DNA of 64,000 nt from an uncultured Candidatus Rokubacteria bacterium (GTDB taxonomy: Bacteria; Methylomirabilota; Methylomirabilia; Rokubacteriales; CSP1-6). Position 1 is the stretch's first letter. Each line of letters opens with the position of its first letter. The notes beneath the pieces are model-generated. The model saw only the letters and a program-made list of their open reading frames with translations, was not told the DNA's origin and made no database searches. Both the position numbers and the translations under genes were made by a program. The stretch is taken from contig CAVWWD010000008.1 in assembly GCA_963758635.1 (NCBI GenBank), forward strand, positions 640,001-704,000, read 5' to 3'. Below, in pieces: positions 46,292 to 56,662 of this stretch.

Positions 46292-47368
46292 GTGATCTAT
46301 CGCGAGGCGGGACAATTCAAAACGTCCTATGCCGCCGACCAGGCGGTCTTCCCGATCCTGCAGGATCGGGTGGTTGTTTTCGCGGCCGTCGGCGCCGCGT
46401 TCCTCGTGCCGCCGCTGGCCTTCGGGGAGTACTGGCTCCAGGCCGTCCTCATCCCGTTCCTGGTGTACGCCATGGCCGCCCTCGGGCTGAACCTGCTCAC
46501 CGGCTACGCGGGGCAGGTGTCGCTAGGGACGGGCGGCTTCATGGCGGTGGGCGCCTACTCGGCCTTCAAGATCACCACCGCGCTGCCCGGGCTGAACATC
46601 ATCGTCGTGTTCGTGCTCGCCGGGCTGTGCGCGGCCGCGGTGGGCATCGTGTTCGGGCTTCCGAGCCTCCGCATCAAGGGCTTCTACCTCGCCGTGGCGA
46701 CCCTCGCCGCCCAGTTCTTCCTGATCTGGCTCTTCAACAAGGTGGCGTGGTTCGTGAACTACGCGCCCTCCGGTACCATCACCGCGCCGCACCGGACCAT
46801 CGCGGGCGTCATGGTCACCGGGCCCCAGGCCACCGCGGGATCGCGCTACGTCGTGGCTCTCGGCCTCGTGGTGGTGTTCGCGCTGATCGCCAAGAACCTC
46901 GTGCGGGGCCGCGTGGGCCGGGCGTGGATGGCCATCCGCGACCGTGACATCGCCGCGGAGATCATCGGCGTGCGGCCGCTGCGGACCAAGCTCCTGGCCT
47001 TCGGCGTCTCGTCGTTCTACTGCGGCCTCGCCGGGGCCGAGCTGGTCTTCCTGTTTCTCGGCAGCGCGGAGACGGCGGCCTTCGACATCAACCAGTCGTT
47101 CCTGGTCCTCTTCATGGTCATCCTGGGCGGGCTCGGGAGCATCCTCGGCTCCTTCCTGGGCGCCGCCTTCATCATCTTGATCCCCATCTTCCTGACCAAC
47201 GTGCCCCACGTGATCGGGCTGTCCCTGCCCGTGGCGCTGCTCAAGCAGATCGAGCTGATGGTGTTCGGCGGGCTCATCGTCTTCTTCCTCATCGTCGAGC
47301 CGCACGGCCTGGCCCGCCTGTGGCAGCTCGGCAAGGAGAAGCTGCGGCTGTGGCCGTTCCCGCATTGA
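46292..47368 (+). CDS. LivM-like permease
   Basis: YREAGQFKTSY, GYAGQVSLG, WPF terminus. Confidence 0.93.
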   Translation: MIYREAGQFKTSYAADQAVFPILQDRVVVFAAVGAAFLVPPLAFGEYWLQAVLIPFLVYAMAALGLNLLTGYAGQVSLGTGGFMAVGAYSAFKITTALPGLNIIVVFVLAGLCAAAVGIVFGLPSLRIKGFYLAVATLAAQFFLIWLFNKVAWFVNYAPSGTITAPHRTIAGVMVTGPQATAGSRYVVALGLVVVFALIAKNLVRGRVGRAWMAIRDRDIAAEIIGVRPLRTKLLAFGVSSFYCGLAGAELVFLFLGSAETAAFDINQSFLVLFMVILGGLGSILGSFLGAAFIILIPIFLTNVPHVIGLSLPVALLKQIELMVFGGLIVFFLIVEPHGLARLWQLGKEKLRLWPFPH

Positions 47369-47405
47369 CAGGGTCGTCATCCAGGGCCTCACACAGGAGA
47401 ACAGC

Positions 47406-48722
47406 ATGAACCGAACCAGACTCGTCGCCGCGCTCCTCGCGCTGGTCGTGGTCGCCGCGCCCCTCGCCGGGACGGCGGGCGCCCAGGACAAGGGATTGTT
47501 CATCCCGCTCCTCGTCTACCGGACCGGGCCGTTCGCCCCGAGCGGCATTCCCATCGCCAACGGCTTCGTGGACTACTTCACGCTCGTCAACGAACGCGAC
47601 GGCGGGATCAACGGGGTGAAGGTGACGTGGGAAGAGTGCGAGACCCAGTACGACACCAAGCAGGGGGTGGAGTGCTACGAGCGCCTGAAGAGCAAGGGAC
47701 CGGTCGTCGTGAACCCGTACAGCACGGGCATCACCTATCAGCTCATCCCCAAGGCGCCGGTGGACAAGGTCGTGGTGTTCTCGATGGGCTACGGCATGAC
47801 CGCGGCCGCGGACGGACGCTGGTTCCCCTGGGTGTTCAGCTTCCCGACCACGTACTGGAGCCAGGCCTCCGCGGTCATCCGTTACATCGGCCAGCAGGAG
47901 GGCGGGGCGGACAAGCTCAAGGGCAAGAAGATCGTCCACATCTTCCACAACAGCCCCTACGGCAAGGAGGCGAACCCCACCCTCGAGGAGCTGTCGCGGC
48001 GGCTCGGTTTCGAGCTGACCCTGCTCCCCGTGGACAGCCCGGGCCAAGAGCAGAAGGCGACGTGGCTCCAGGTCCGGCGCCTGAACCCCGACTGGGTGTT
48101 CATGTCCGGCTGGGGCGTGATGAACCAGGTGGCGGTCAAGGAGGCGGCGGCCATCGGCTTCAAGATGGACCACTTCATCGGCAACTGGTGGTCGGCGAGC
48201 GACGCGGACGTGGTGCCCGCGGGCGACGGCGCGAAGGGCTACAAGGGCGCCACCTTCCACGCGCCCGGCACCAACTTCAAGGTGCACGCGGAGATCGTGA
48301 AGTTCGTCCACGACAAGGGCAAGTCCCCCGGCAAGAAGGAAGACATGGGCTCGCCGCTCTACAACCGCGGCGTGGTCAACGCCATGCTCACCGCCGAGGC
48401 CATCCGCACCGCGATGGCCAAGCACGGCAAGAGCCCGAACAACGAGCAGATCCGCTGGGGCTTCGAGAACCTGAACCTGACCGACAAGCGGCTCGAGGAG
48501 CTCGGCATGAAGGGCTTCACGCACGCGATCAAGGTCACGTGCGAGGACCACGAGGGCAACGGCCCCGTCCTCGTCCAGCAGTGGGACGGCAAGAAGTGGA
48601 CGATCGTGTCCGACTGGATCGCCCCCATGCGCGACGTGGTGCGGCCCAAGCTCGAGGCGGCGGCGATCGAGGAGGCGAAGAAGCTCAACTACACGCAGCG
48701 CGACTGCTCGAAGGAGCGGTGA
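47406..48722 (+). CDS. Liv-type ABC substrate-binding protein
   Basis: Signal peptide; YRTGPFAP, EECETQY, VECYERLK, CEDHEG. Confidence 0.93.
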   Translation: MNRTRLVAALLALVVVAAPLAGTAGAQDKGLFIPLLVYRTGPFAPSGIPIANGFVDYFTLVNERDGGINGVKVTWEECETQYDTKQGVECYERLKSKGPVVVNPYSTGITYQLIPKAPVDKVVVFSMGYGMTAAADGRWFPWVFSFPTTYWSQASAVIRYIGQQEGGADKLKGKKIVHIFHNSPYGKEANPTLEELSRRLGFELTLLPVDSPGQEQKATWLQVRRLNPDWVFMSGWGVMNQVAVKEAAAIGFKMDHFIGNWWSASDADVVPAGDGAKGYKGATFHAPGTNFKVHAEIVKFVHDKGKSPGKKEDMGSPLYNRGVVNAMLTAEAIRTAMAKHGKSPNNEQIRWGFENLNLTDKRLEELGMKGFTHAIKVTCEDHEGNGPVLVQQWDGKKWTIVSDWIAPMRDVVRPKLEAAAIEEAKKLNYTQRDCSKER

Positions 48723-49565
48723 GCGGGGGGCACGCGGAGCACACCGCCGTGGCGGCTCCCGCGCGGCCCATCCTCGCGGTCAACAACGTCGAGGTGATCT
48801 ACGACCACGTGATCCTCGTGCTGAAGGGGGTCTCGCTGACCGTCCCCGAGGGGGGCATCGTGGCCCTCCTCGGGGCCAACGGCGCGGGGAAGAGCACCAC
48901 GCTCAAGGCCATCTCTGGCCTGCTCCGCACCGAGCGGGGCGACGTGACCAAGGGCAGCGTGGAGCTCCTCGGCGAGCCGATCCACCGCAAGGACCCCGCC
49001 GAGATCGTGCGGCGCGGCGCCATCCAGGTCATGGAGGGCCGCCACGTCTTCGAGCACCTGTCCGTGGAGGAGAACCTGCTCACCGGCGCCTACACGCGGG
49101 GCGGGGGGCGCGCGGTGAAGGCCGACATCGAGCGCGTGTACGCGTACTTCCCGCGGCTGCGCGACCGCCGCGGCGTCAGCGCCGGCTACATCTCCGGCGG
49201 CGAGCAGCAGATGCTCGCCATCGGCCGGGCCCTCATGGCCCACCCCCGGCTCATGCTCCTCGACGAGCCGTCGATGGGCCTGGCCCCCATGCTGGTGGCG
49301 GAGATCTTCGACATCGTGACCCGGCTGAACGAGGAGGAGCGCGTGGCCGTCCTCCTCGCGGAGCAGAACGCCGCGATGGCTCTGCGCGTCGCCGACTACG
49401 CCTACGTGCATGGAGAACGGGCGGATCGTGCTCGACGGCGACCGGAAGACCATCAGCGAGAACGAGGACGTGAAGGAGTTCTACTTGGGCCTCTCTGGCG
49501 TCGGTCAGCGGAAGAGCTACCGGGACGTGAAGCACTACAAGCGGCGCAAGCGGTGGCTGTCGTGA
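48719..49565 (+). CDS. LivF-like ABC ATPase (frameshift ~49408)
   Basis: NNVEVIYDHVILVLKG, SGGEQQM, C-terminal YRDVKHYKRRKRWLS. Confidence 0.92.
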
Positions 49566-50354
49566 GCGCCGAGCTCGAGCTCCGCGAGATCTCGAAGTCC
49601 TTCGGGGGCGTGCAGGCCGTGACCACGGTGAGCCTGGACTTCGCCCAGGGCGACATCACCGCCATCATCGGGCCGAACGGCGCGGGCAAGACCACCGTCC
49701 TCAACATGATCAGCGGCTTCTACCATCCCGACCACGGGCGCATCGCGCTCCACGGCCGGGACGTGACGAACGTGGCGCCGAGCGAGATCGCCCGCCTCGG
49801 CGTGGCCCGCACCTTCCAGAACATCGCGCTCTTCCGCGGGATGACCGTGCTCGACAACCTCATGCTCGGCCGCCACGTGCGCATGAAGGCCGGCGTGCTC
49901 TCGTCCTTCGTGTACTGGGGCCTCGCCCAGCGGGAAGAGGTGGAGCACCGAAAGCGCGTGGAGGAGATCATCGACTTCCTGAAGATCCAGGACCTGCGCC
50001 GCCGGCCGTGCGGCGCCCTCGCCTACGGCCTGCAGAAGCGCGTGGAGCTCGGGCGGGCCCTCGCCCTGGATCCCAAGGTCCTCCTCCTCGACGAGCCGAT
50101 GGGGGGCTGCAACCACGAGGAGAAGGAGGACATGGCGCGCTTCATCCTCGACGTGAACGAGGAATGGGGCGTGACGGTGATCCTCATCGAGCACGACATG
50201 GGCGTGGTCATGGACATCTCGGATCGCGTGGCCGTGCTGGACATGGGCCAGCAAGATCGCGGAGGGTACCCCGGACGAGGTCCGGGCCGATCCGAAGGTC
50301 ATCAAGGCTTACCTCGGCGACCCCAAGGGCGCCGCCGTCTCCGGAGGGCGCTGA
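49562..50354 (+). CDS. LivG-like ABC ATPase (frameshift ~50250)
   Basis: GPNGAGKTT, RTFQNIALF, EEKEDM. Confidence 0.92.
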
Positions 50355-50356
50355 CA

Positions 50357-52279
50357 ATGGCGGGCGCGATCGACACCACCGTCCCAAAGCTCCTGCAGCG
50401 GAACGCTCGTGACCTCGCCGACCGCCCGGCCATCCGGGAGAAGGACCGCGGGATCTGGCAGACGTACACCTGGCGCCAGTACCACGCCGAGGTGCGTGAT
50501 CTCGCGCTGGGCCTGGCCGCGCTCGGTTTCAAGCGGGGCGACGCCCTGACCGTGATCGGCGACAACCGACCTCGGCTCTACTGGGCCCAGGTCGCGGCCA
50601 TGTGCCTGGGCGGCACGTCGGTGCCCGTGTACCAGGACTCGATCGCCCGCGAGCTGGTGTACGTGCTGGACCACGCCGAGGTCTCGGTGATCGTCGCCGA
50701 GGACCAGGAGCAGGTGGACAAGGCCCTCGCCCTCCGCGACCAGCTCCCTCGGCTCCGGCTGATCCTCTACGACGATCCGCGCGGCATGGTGCACTACAAG
50801 GCGGAGGGCCTCCGCTCGTTCGCCGACGTGCAAGTGCTGGGACGCGAGCACGCGGCGCGCCATCCCGAGCTGTTCGACGCGGAGATCGACAAGGGCCGGC
50901 CCGAGGACGTGGCGCTGATCTGCTACACGTCCGGCACCACGGGCAACCCCAAGGGCGCGATGCTCACCCACCGGAACGTGATCTCGGTGGCCGACACGTT
51001 CGTGCAGGCCGAGCGCATCGTCCCCACCGACGACTACCTCGCGTACCTGCCCATGGCCTGGGTGGGCGACGCGCTCTACAGCATGGTGCTGAGCCTCTAC
51101 GTGGGCTTCTGCATCAACTGCCCGGAGAGCCCGGAGACGGTGCAGCGCGACCTGCGTGAGCTCGGGCCGACGGCGCTCCTCGCCCCGCCGCGCATCTGGG
51201 AGAACATGCTGACCGCGGTGCAGGTGCGGGCGGCCGACGCCACCCCGCTCAAGCGGCGCGTCTTCGAGTACTTCCGCCAGGCCGCCGAGGAGGCGGATAT
51301 CCTCCGCGGCGAGGGCAAGCCGCTGCCCGCGGGACTCCGCCTGCGGCGGGCGCTCGGGGAGTTCTTCGTGTACCGGCCGGTGCGGGACCAGCTCGGCCTC
51401 GCCCGCGCGCGCTGGTGCCTCACCGGCGGCGCCCCGCTCGGGCCCGACACGTTCCGCTTCTTCCGCTCGATCGGGGTCAACCTCAAGCAGGTCTACGGCT
51501 CGACGGAGATGACCGGCCTCGCGTCCCTCCAGCCCGACGGCGAGGCCGACCCCAACAGCGCGGGGCGGCCGTGCCCGGGGATCGGGGTGAGGATCGGCGA
51601 GCGCGGCGAGGTGCTCGTGAAGGGCGGCGGGGTCTTCAAGGGGTACTTCAAGAACGACGAGGCCACGCGCGAGGTCATCGACGGCGACGGGTGGTTCCAC
51701 ACCGGCGACGCCGGTTTCATCGACCCCCGCGGCCACCTCGTGATCATCGACCGGGCCAAGGACGTCGGCGCCATGGAGGACGGCACGCCGTTCGCGCCCC
51801 AGTTCATCGAGAACAAGCTCAAGTTCAGCCCGTACGTCCGCGAGGCGGTGTGCTTCGGCAGCGAGCGCCCCTTCGTCACGGCCATGATCGCCATCGACAT
51901 GAACACGGTCGGGAGCTGGGCGGAGCGCCGGGGCCTGCCCTACACGAGCTACATGGACCTCTCGCAGAAGCCGGAGGTCCGGCGGCTCCTCGCCGAGGAG
52001 ATCGGGCGCGCCAACCTGACCCTGCCCGACGCCACCCGCATCCGCCGGTTCCTCCTCCTGACGAAGGACCTGGACGCCGACGACGCGGAGATGACGCGCA
52101 CCCGGAAGGTCCGCCGGCGCTTCGTCGCCGAGAAGTACGTCTCGGTCATCGACTCGTTCTACGGCGGCGGCGACGAGGTCGAGCTGTCCACAGCGGTGAC
52201 CTACGAGGACGGACGGCAGGCCACCATTCACTCGCGCGTGCGCATCGAGGATGTCGCGGGGGCGCCCACCCATGTCTGA
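50357..52279 (+). CDS. Long-chain fatty acid--CoA ligase (paralog of 42360)
   Basis: IREKDRGIWQ, YTSGTTGNPKG, HTGDAG, ENKLKFSPY. Confidence 0.94.
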   Translation: MAGAIDTTVPKLLQRNARDLADRPAIREKDRGIWQTYTWRQYHAEVRDLALGLAALGFKRGDALTVIGDNRPRLYWAQVAAMCLGGTSVPVYQDSIARELVYVLDHAEVSVIVAEDQEQVDKALALRDQLPRLRLILYDDPRGMVHYKAEGLRSFADVQVLGREHAARHPELFDAEIDKGRPEDVALICYTSGTTGNPKGAMLTHRNVISVADTFVQAERIVPTDDYLAYLPMAWVGDALYSMVLSLYVGFCINCPESPETVQRDLRELGPTALLAPPRIWENMLTAVQVRAADATPLKRRVFEYFRQAAEEADILRGEGKPLPAGLRLRRALGEFFVYRPVRDQLGLARARWCLTGGAPLGPDTFRFFRSIGVNLKQVYGSTEMTGLASLQPDGEADPNSAGRPCPGIGVRIGERGEVLVKGGGVFKGYFKNDEATREVIDGDGWFHTGDAGFIDPRGHLVIIDRAKDVGAMEDGTPFAPQFIENKLKFSPYVREAVCFGSERPFVTAMIAIDMNTVGSWAERRGLPYTSYMDLSQKPEVRRLLAEEIGRANLTLPDATRIRRFLLLTKDLDADDAEMTRTRKVRRRFVAEKYVSVIDSFYGGGDEVELSTAVTYEDGRQATIHSRVRIEDVAGAPTHV

Positions 52280-53168
52280 TGATCTCAGCTTCTTCTTCCT
52301 GCTGATGTCCAACGGTGTGCTCACCGGGCTCATGTACTCGCTGATCGCGCTGGGGTTCGTCCTCGTGTACAAGGCCACCGATGCCGTCAACTTCGCCCAG
52401 GGCGAGTTCGTGATGATCGCCGGCCTCGCCGTGGCCCTGAGCCTGGCCTCGGCGGGCGCCCCGCTGTGGGTGGCGATCCTGATCGGGGTGGTCGGGATGA
52501 TCGCCTTCGGCTTCGGGCTGGAGCGGGTGGTCCTGCGCAAGCTCATCGGCCGGCCGGTGATCGCCGTCGTCATGGCCACCATCGGGCTCGCATCCATCCT
52601 CCGTGGGGTCGGCCCGACGTTCTTCGGGGCCGGCACGAAGAACATTCCCCTTCCCATCAGCGAAGAGCCCTTCATCATCGGGCCGCTGTTCATCTCGCCG
52701 ATCCAGCTCCTCGGGGCGGTGGTCAGCCTGGTCTTCCTCGGCGGCTTCGGCTGGTTCTTCCTCAAGTCCCGCAAGGGGATCGCCATGCGCGCCGTCGCCG
52801 ACAACCAGCAGGTGGCGATGGCCATGGGCATCAACGTCGAGCGCTACTTCGGCCTCGCCTGGGCCATGACCGGCATCGTCTCCGCGCTGGGCGGCATCAT
52901 CTGGGGCAACCTCCTCGGCGTGGACGTGAACCTGTCGCTGGTCGGGTTCAAGGTCTTCCCGGTGGTCATCCTGGGCGGCCTCGACTCGATTCCCGGCGCG
53001 ATCATCGGCGGGCTCATCGTCGGCATCGTCGAGAACGTCGCCGCCGGCTACATCGACCCCTACGTGGGCGGCGGCACCAAGGACTTCGCCCCCTACGTGC
53101 TCATGATCCTCGCCCTGATGATCCGCCCCTACGGCATGTTCGGCCGGCGGATCATCGAGCGGATTTGA
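52272..53168 (+). CDS. LivH-like permease
   Basis: YSLIALGFVLVYKATDAVNFAQG, FPVVILGGLDSIPG. Confidence 0.93.
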   Translation: MSDDLSFFFLLMSNGVLTGLMYSLIALGFVLVYKATDAVNFAQGEFVMIAGLAVALSLASAGAPLWVAILIGVVGMIAFGFGLERVVLRKLIGRPVIAVVMATIGLASILRGVGPTFFGAGTKNIPLPISEEPFIIGPLFISPIQLLGAVVSLVFLGGFGWFFLKSRKGIAMRAVADNQQVAMAMGINVERYFGLAWAMTGIVSALGGIIWGNLLGVDVNLSLVGFKVFPVVILGGLDSIPGAIIGGLIVGIVENVAAGYIDPYVGGGTKDFAPYVLMILALMIRPYGMFGRRIIERI

Positions 53169-53393
53169 GAGCCGAGCCGAAGGCGAGGCGAGCGTATATG
53201 GAAATGCAGTGGAAACGTCCATGAGGGGGCTGCCCCGAAGGCGAGGCGCAGCGGGTCATATGGCGATGCAGTGGAAACGTCCATGAGGGGGCAGCCCCGA
53301 CCGAGTCGCCGCGGGTCCATGGCGGTGCAGTGGAAACGTCCATGAGGGGGCAGCCGCGACCGAGTACACGCGGGTCCCATGGAAACGCAGTGG
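53164..53393 (+). repeat. Repeat family B amplified as a ~60-bp-period tandem array
   Basis: TGCAGTGGAAACGTCCATGAGGGGGC(A/T)GCC starts at 53205, 53267 and 53326, with a partial unit at 53386. Confidence 0.93.
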
Positions 53394-53418
53394 TCTCGAA
53401 AGGAGGAACGGTCAGCCG

Positions 53419-54486
53419 ATGATCCATCGCGAGTGCGGCGTGCTGAAGACGACGTACGAGGCCGACATGGCGTTCTTCCCGTTGCCCATCGCGCGCTGGG
53501 CGGTCGGGGCGCTCGCCGTGATCTTCTTCGCCGTGATCCCGCTCACCTTGCACGAGTACTATCTGTCCGTCGCCAACCTCGTGTGGATCGCCGTCATCGG
53601 CGCCCTCGGCCTGAACATCCTCGTGGGCTACACCGGGCAGGTGTCGATCGGCCACGGGGCCTTCATGTCGGTGGGCGCGTACACCGCGGCCAACCTCGCC
53701 ATCCGCCTCGACTCGCCGTGGCCGGTGAACCTGCTCGCCGGCGGCCTCATGGCGGCGGCGATCGGCGCCATCGTGGGCATCCCGTCGCTGCGCATCAAGG
53801 GCCTGTACCTCGCCATCGCCACGCTCGCCGGTCAGCTCATCATCGAGTGGACGATCAACCACGTCACGTTCATCAGCGGCGGCGTACAGGCCTCGATCGA
53901 GGTGCCCCGTCCCCGGCTCGGAGCCATGGTGCTGTCGTCGCAGCGCCACATGTACTACTTCCTGCTGTTCTTCGTGGTCCTCGCCATCATCGGGACCATG
54001 AACCTCGTCCGGTCGCGCGTGGGCCGCGCCTTCATCGCCATCCGCGACCAGGACATCGCGGCCGAGATCATCGGCATCAACATCTTCCGGTACAAGCTGC
54101 TCGCCTTCGCCATCTCGTCCTTCTACGCGGGCGTCACCGGCGTGCTCTACACGTACTTCCTGGGCATCGCCAACTACGAGCAGTTCCAGATCGGGGTGTC
54201 GATCGACTACCTCGCCATGATCATCATCGGCGGGCTGGGCTCGGTGCTCGGGTCGGTCCTGGGGGCGATCTTCGTCACCCTCCTCCCGATCGTCATCCGC
54301 CTGAGCATGGAGGCGTTCGGGGGTCTGTTCCTCGAGCCCCAGACCGTGCTCAACCTCATCCCCAACCTCCGCCTCATGCTGTTCGGGGCGCTCATCATCT
54401 TCTTCCTCATCGTCGAGCCCGAGGGGCTGAACCGGCTGTGGCGCAACATCCGCAACTACTTCCGCATCTGGCCGTTCGCGTACTGA
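53419..54486 (+). CDS. LivM-like permease
   Basis: HRECGVLKTTY, GYTGQVSIGHG, WPF terminus. Confidence 0.93.
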   Translation: MIHRECGVLKTTYEADMAFFPLPIARWAVGALAVIFFAVIPLTLHEYYLSVANLVWIAVIGALGLNILVGYTGQVSIGHGAFMSVGAYTAANLAIRLDSPWPVNLLAGGLMAAAIGAIVGIPSLRIKGLYLAIATLAGQLIIEWTINHVTFISGGVQASIEVPRPRLGAMVLSSQRHMYYFLLFFVVLAIIGTMNLVRSRVGRAFIAIRDQDIAAEIIGINIFRYKLLAFAISSFYAGVTGVLYTYFLGIANYEQFQIGVSIDYLAMIIIGGLGSVLGSVLGAIFVTLLPIVIRLSMEAFGGLFLEPQTVLNLIPNLRLMLFGALIIFFLIVEPEGLNRLWRNIRNYFRIWPFAY

Positions 54487-54512
54487 GGTACGCGAGGAAA
54501 GGGGACTGACCC

Positions 54513-55760
54513 ATGCGACAGCGGTTGATCGTTCTCCTGGCGGTGCTCGTGGGCGTGACGGGGGGCCTCGGGGGGCTGTTCCCGGCGCAGGCGGGCCACG
54601 AGATCGTCATCGGCGTGCAGTGCGATCGGACGGGCCCGACCCAGCTCGTGGGCACCGTGCTGTGCCCCGGCTTCCACGACTACGTGGCCCTCGTGAACAG
54701 CAAGGGCGGGGTGAACGGGCACAAGCTGAAGGCCCTCGAGATCGACCACGAGTACAAGGTGCCTCCGGCGGTGGAGTCGTACGAGCGCCACAAGAAGGAA
54801 GGCGCGGTGACGATGGCGGTGTACGGCACGCCGCAGATCTACGCCCTCGCCGCCAAGCTCACGGAAGACCGCATCCCCGGCACCTCGCCCGGATTCGGTA
54901 GCGCTGCCGCCGCCGACGGAGTCCGCTACCCGTACATCTTCCCGATCGCCGCCACGTACTGGTCGCAGGCCACGGCGTCGGTGGACTTCGTGAAGAAGCA
55001 GCTCGGAAACAGCCTCAAGGGCAAGAAGATCGCGTTCATCTTCTACGACAACCCCGCCGGCCGTGAGCCCATCGAGGTGCTCGAGGACCTCGCCGCCCGC
55101 GAGGGCTTCCAGCTCAAGACCTTCGCGGTGCCCCCGCCCGGCGTGGAGATGGGCGCGCAGGTGCTGGACATCGCGCAGCGGTTCCGCGCCGACTTCGTGA
55201 TCGGCCACCTCTTCGGCGGCGCCCCCGCGGTGTCGATCAAGGAGTTCAAGCGGGTGGGCTATCCGCTGCGCAAGTTCGTGTCGTTCGTGTGGGGCTCCGC
55301 CGAGGCCAACATCGAGCCGGCGGGCGGCTTTGCGGCCGCCGAGGGCTACTACACGATGCAGTTCGCCGGGGTGGGCTCCGACTTCCCCGTGCTGAACGAG
55401 ATCCGCGAGATGTACAAGAAGGAGGGCAAGGCGGCGCCGAAGGAGATGGCGTCCACGGTGTACTACAACCGCGGCGTCCTCATCGCGGCCTTGCACGTGG
55501 AGGCGATCCGCAACGCCGTCAAGGCCAAGCCGGACGGCAAGATCACCGGCGTGGACGTGAAGAACGGCTTCGAGAAGATCAGCGGCTTCACCCTGGGCGG
55601 CCTGGTGCCGCCGCTCAAGATCACCCCGACCGACCACGAGGGGGGCGGGCTCGTGCAGATCTGGCAGGTGAAGGGTGGCAAGTTCGAGAAGTCGACGGAC
55701 TGGTTCGCGGCCTACCCGGACGTGGTCGCCAAGCACATCAAGGCCCACGGGTCCAAGTAG
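54513..55760 (+). CDS. Liv-type ABC substrate-binding protein
   Basis: Signal peptide; DRTGPT, TYWSQA, YNRG, DHEGGG. Confidence 0.93.
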   Translation: MRQRLIVLLAVLVGVTGGLGGLFPAQAGHEIVIGVQCDRTGPTQLVGTVLCPGFHDYVALVNSKGGVNGHKLKALEIDHEYKVPPAVESYERHKKEGAVTMAVYGTPQIYALAAKLTEDRIPGTSPGFGSAAAADGVRYPYIFPIAATYWSQATASVDFVKKQLGNSLKGKKIAFIFYDNPAGREPIEVLEDLAAREGFQLKTFAVPPPGVEMGAQVLDIAQRFRADFVIGHLFGGAPAVSIKEFKRVGYPLRKFVSFVWGSAEANIEPAGGFAAAEGYYTMQFAGVGSDFPVLNEIREMYKKEGKAAPKEMASTVYYNRGVLIAALHVEAIRNAVKAKPDGKITGVDVKNGFEKISGFTLGGLVPPLKITPTDHEGGGLVQIWQVKGGKFEKSTDWFAAYPDVVAKHIKAHGSK

Positions 55761-55793
55761 CCGGCGCCGGGCGACGGAAAGGCATACGAGCGA

Positions 55794-55820
55794 GCGGAGG
55801 GGGCGGCCGGCCCCCTCCGC
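55794..55820 (+). terminator. Hairpin GCGGAGGGGGC..GCCCCCTCCGC
   Basis: 11-bp perfect stem after the SBP stop; no U-tract. Confidence 0.45.
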
Positions 55821-55832
55821 CTCGACACATCC

Positions 55833-56627
55833 ATGCTGAGTCTCAACAACGTCGAGGTCATCTACGACAGCGTGGTCCTCGTCCTCAAGGGCGTCTCGGT
55901 GGGCTGCGCGGACGGACGCATCACCACCCTCCTCGGCGCCAACGGGGCGGGCAAGACGACCACGCTCAAGGCCATCTCGGGCGTCCTCCGGACGGAGCGG
56001 GGCGAGGTGACGAAGGGCTCCGTCGAGCTCGACGGCCAGCGCCTCGACCGCTTGCGGCCGTACGAGGTGGTGCAGCGCGGCGTCGTCCAGGTCTTCGAGG
56101 GGCGCCGGGTGTTCGAGCACCTCACCACCGAGGAGAACCTGATCGCCGGGGCCCACATCGAGCGCGACTGGCAGCGGGTGACGGACGGCGTCGAGCGCGT
56201 GTACCAGTACTTCCCGCGCCTGAAGGAGCGGCGCAACGTGCAGTCAGGGTACCTGTCGGGCGGCGAGCAGCAGATGCTCGCCATCGGCCGGGCCCTGATG
56301 TCGCATCCGAAGATCGTCCTGCTCGACGAGCCGTCGCTCGGGCTCGCGCCGATGCTCGTCGAGGAGATCTTCGGGATCATCCAGCGGTTGAACCAGCAGG
56401 AGAAGCTGACGGTGCTGCTCGTCGAGCAGAACGCCACCATGGCGCTCACCATCGCGGATCATGGGTACGTGATGGAGACGGGCCGGATCGTGCTGGAGGG
56501 CGCCGCGGCCTCGCTGCGCGAGAACGCGGACATCAAGGAGTTCTACCTGGGCCTCACCGAGGTGGGAGCCCGCAGGTCCTACCGCGACGTGAAGCACTAC
56601 AAGCGCCGCAAGCGGTGGCTGAGCTGA
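55833..56627 (+). CDS. LivF-like ABC ATPase
   Basis: NNVEVIYD, LSGGEQQM, YRDVKHYKRRKRWLS. Confidence 0.94.
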   Translation: MLSLNNVEVIYDSVVLVLKGVSVGCADGRITTLLGANGAGKTTTLKAISGVLRTERGEVTKGSVELDGQRLDRLRPYEVVQRGVVQVFEGRRVFEHLTTEENLIAGAHIERDWQRVTDGVERVYQYFPRLKERRNVQSGYLSGGEQQMLAIGRALMSHPKIVLLDEPSLGLAPMLVEEIFGIIQRLNQQEKLTVLLVEQNATMALTIADHGYVMETGRIVLEGAAASLRENADIKEFYLGLTEVGARRSYRDVKHYKRRKRWLS

Positions 56628-56662
56628 GCCACGTTTCGACAATCCAAAGGGGGATGGTTGCC

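Noticed and set aside
47627..52279. 1550-aa giant fusion ORF
   Set aside because: An artefact of frameshifts and missing stops in GC-rich DNA that joins separate livF, livG and ligase genes.
53205..53393. CRISPR array
   Set aside because: The intervening segments are homologous to each other, the unit is part of a dispersed repeat, and there are no cas genes or AT-rich leader.
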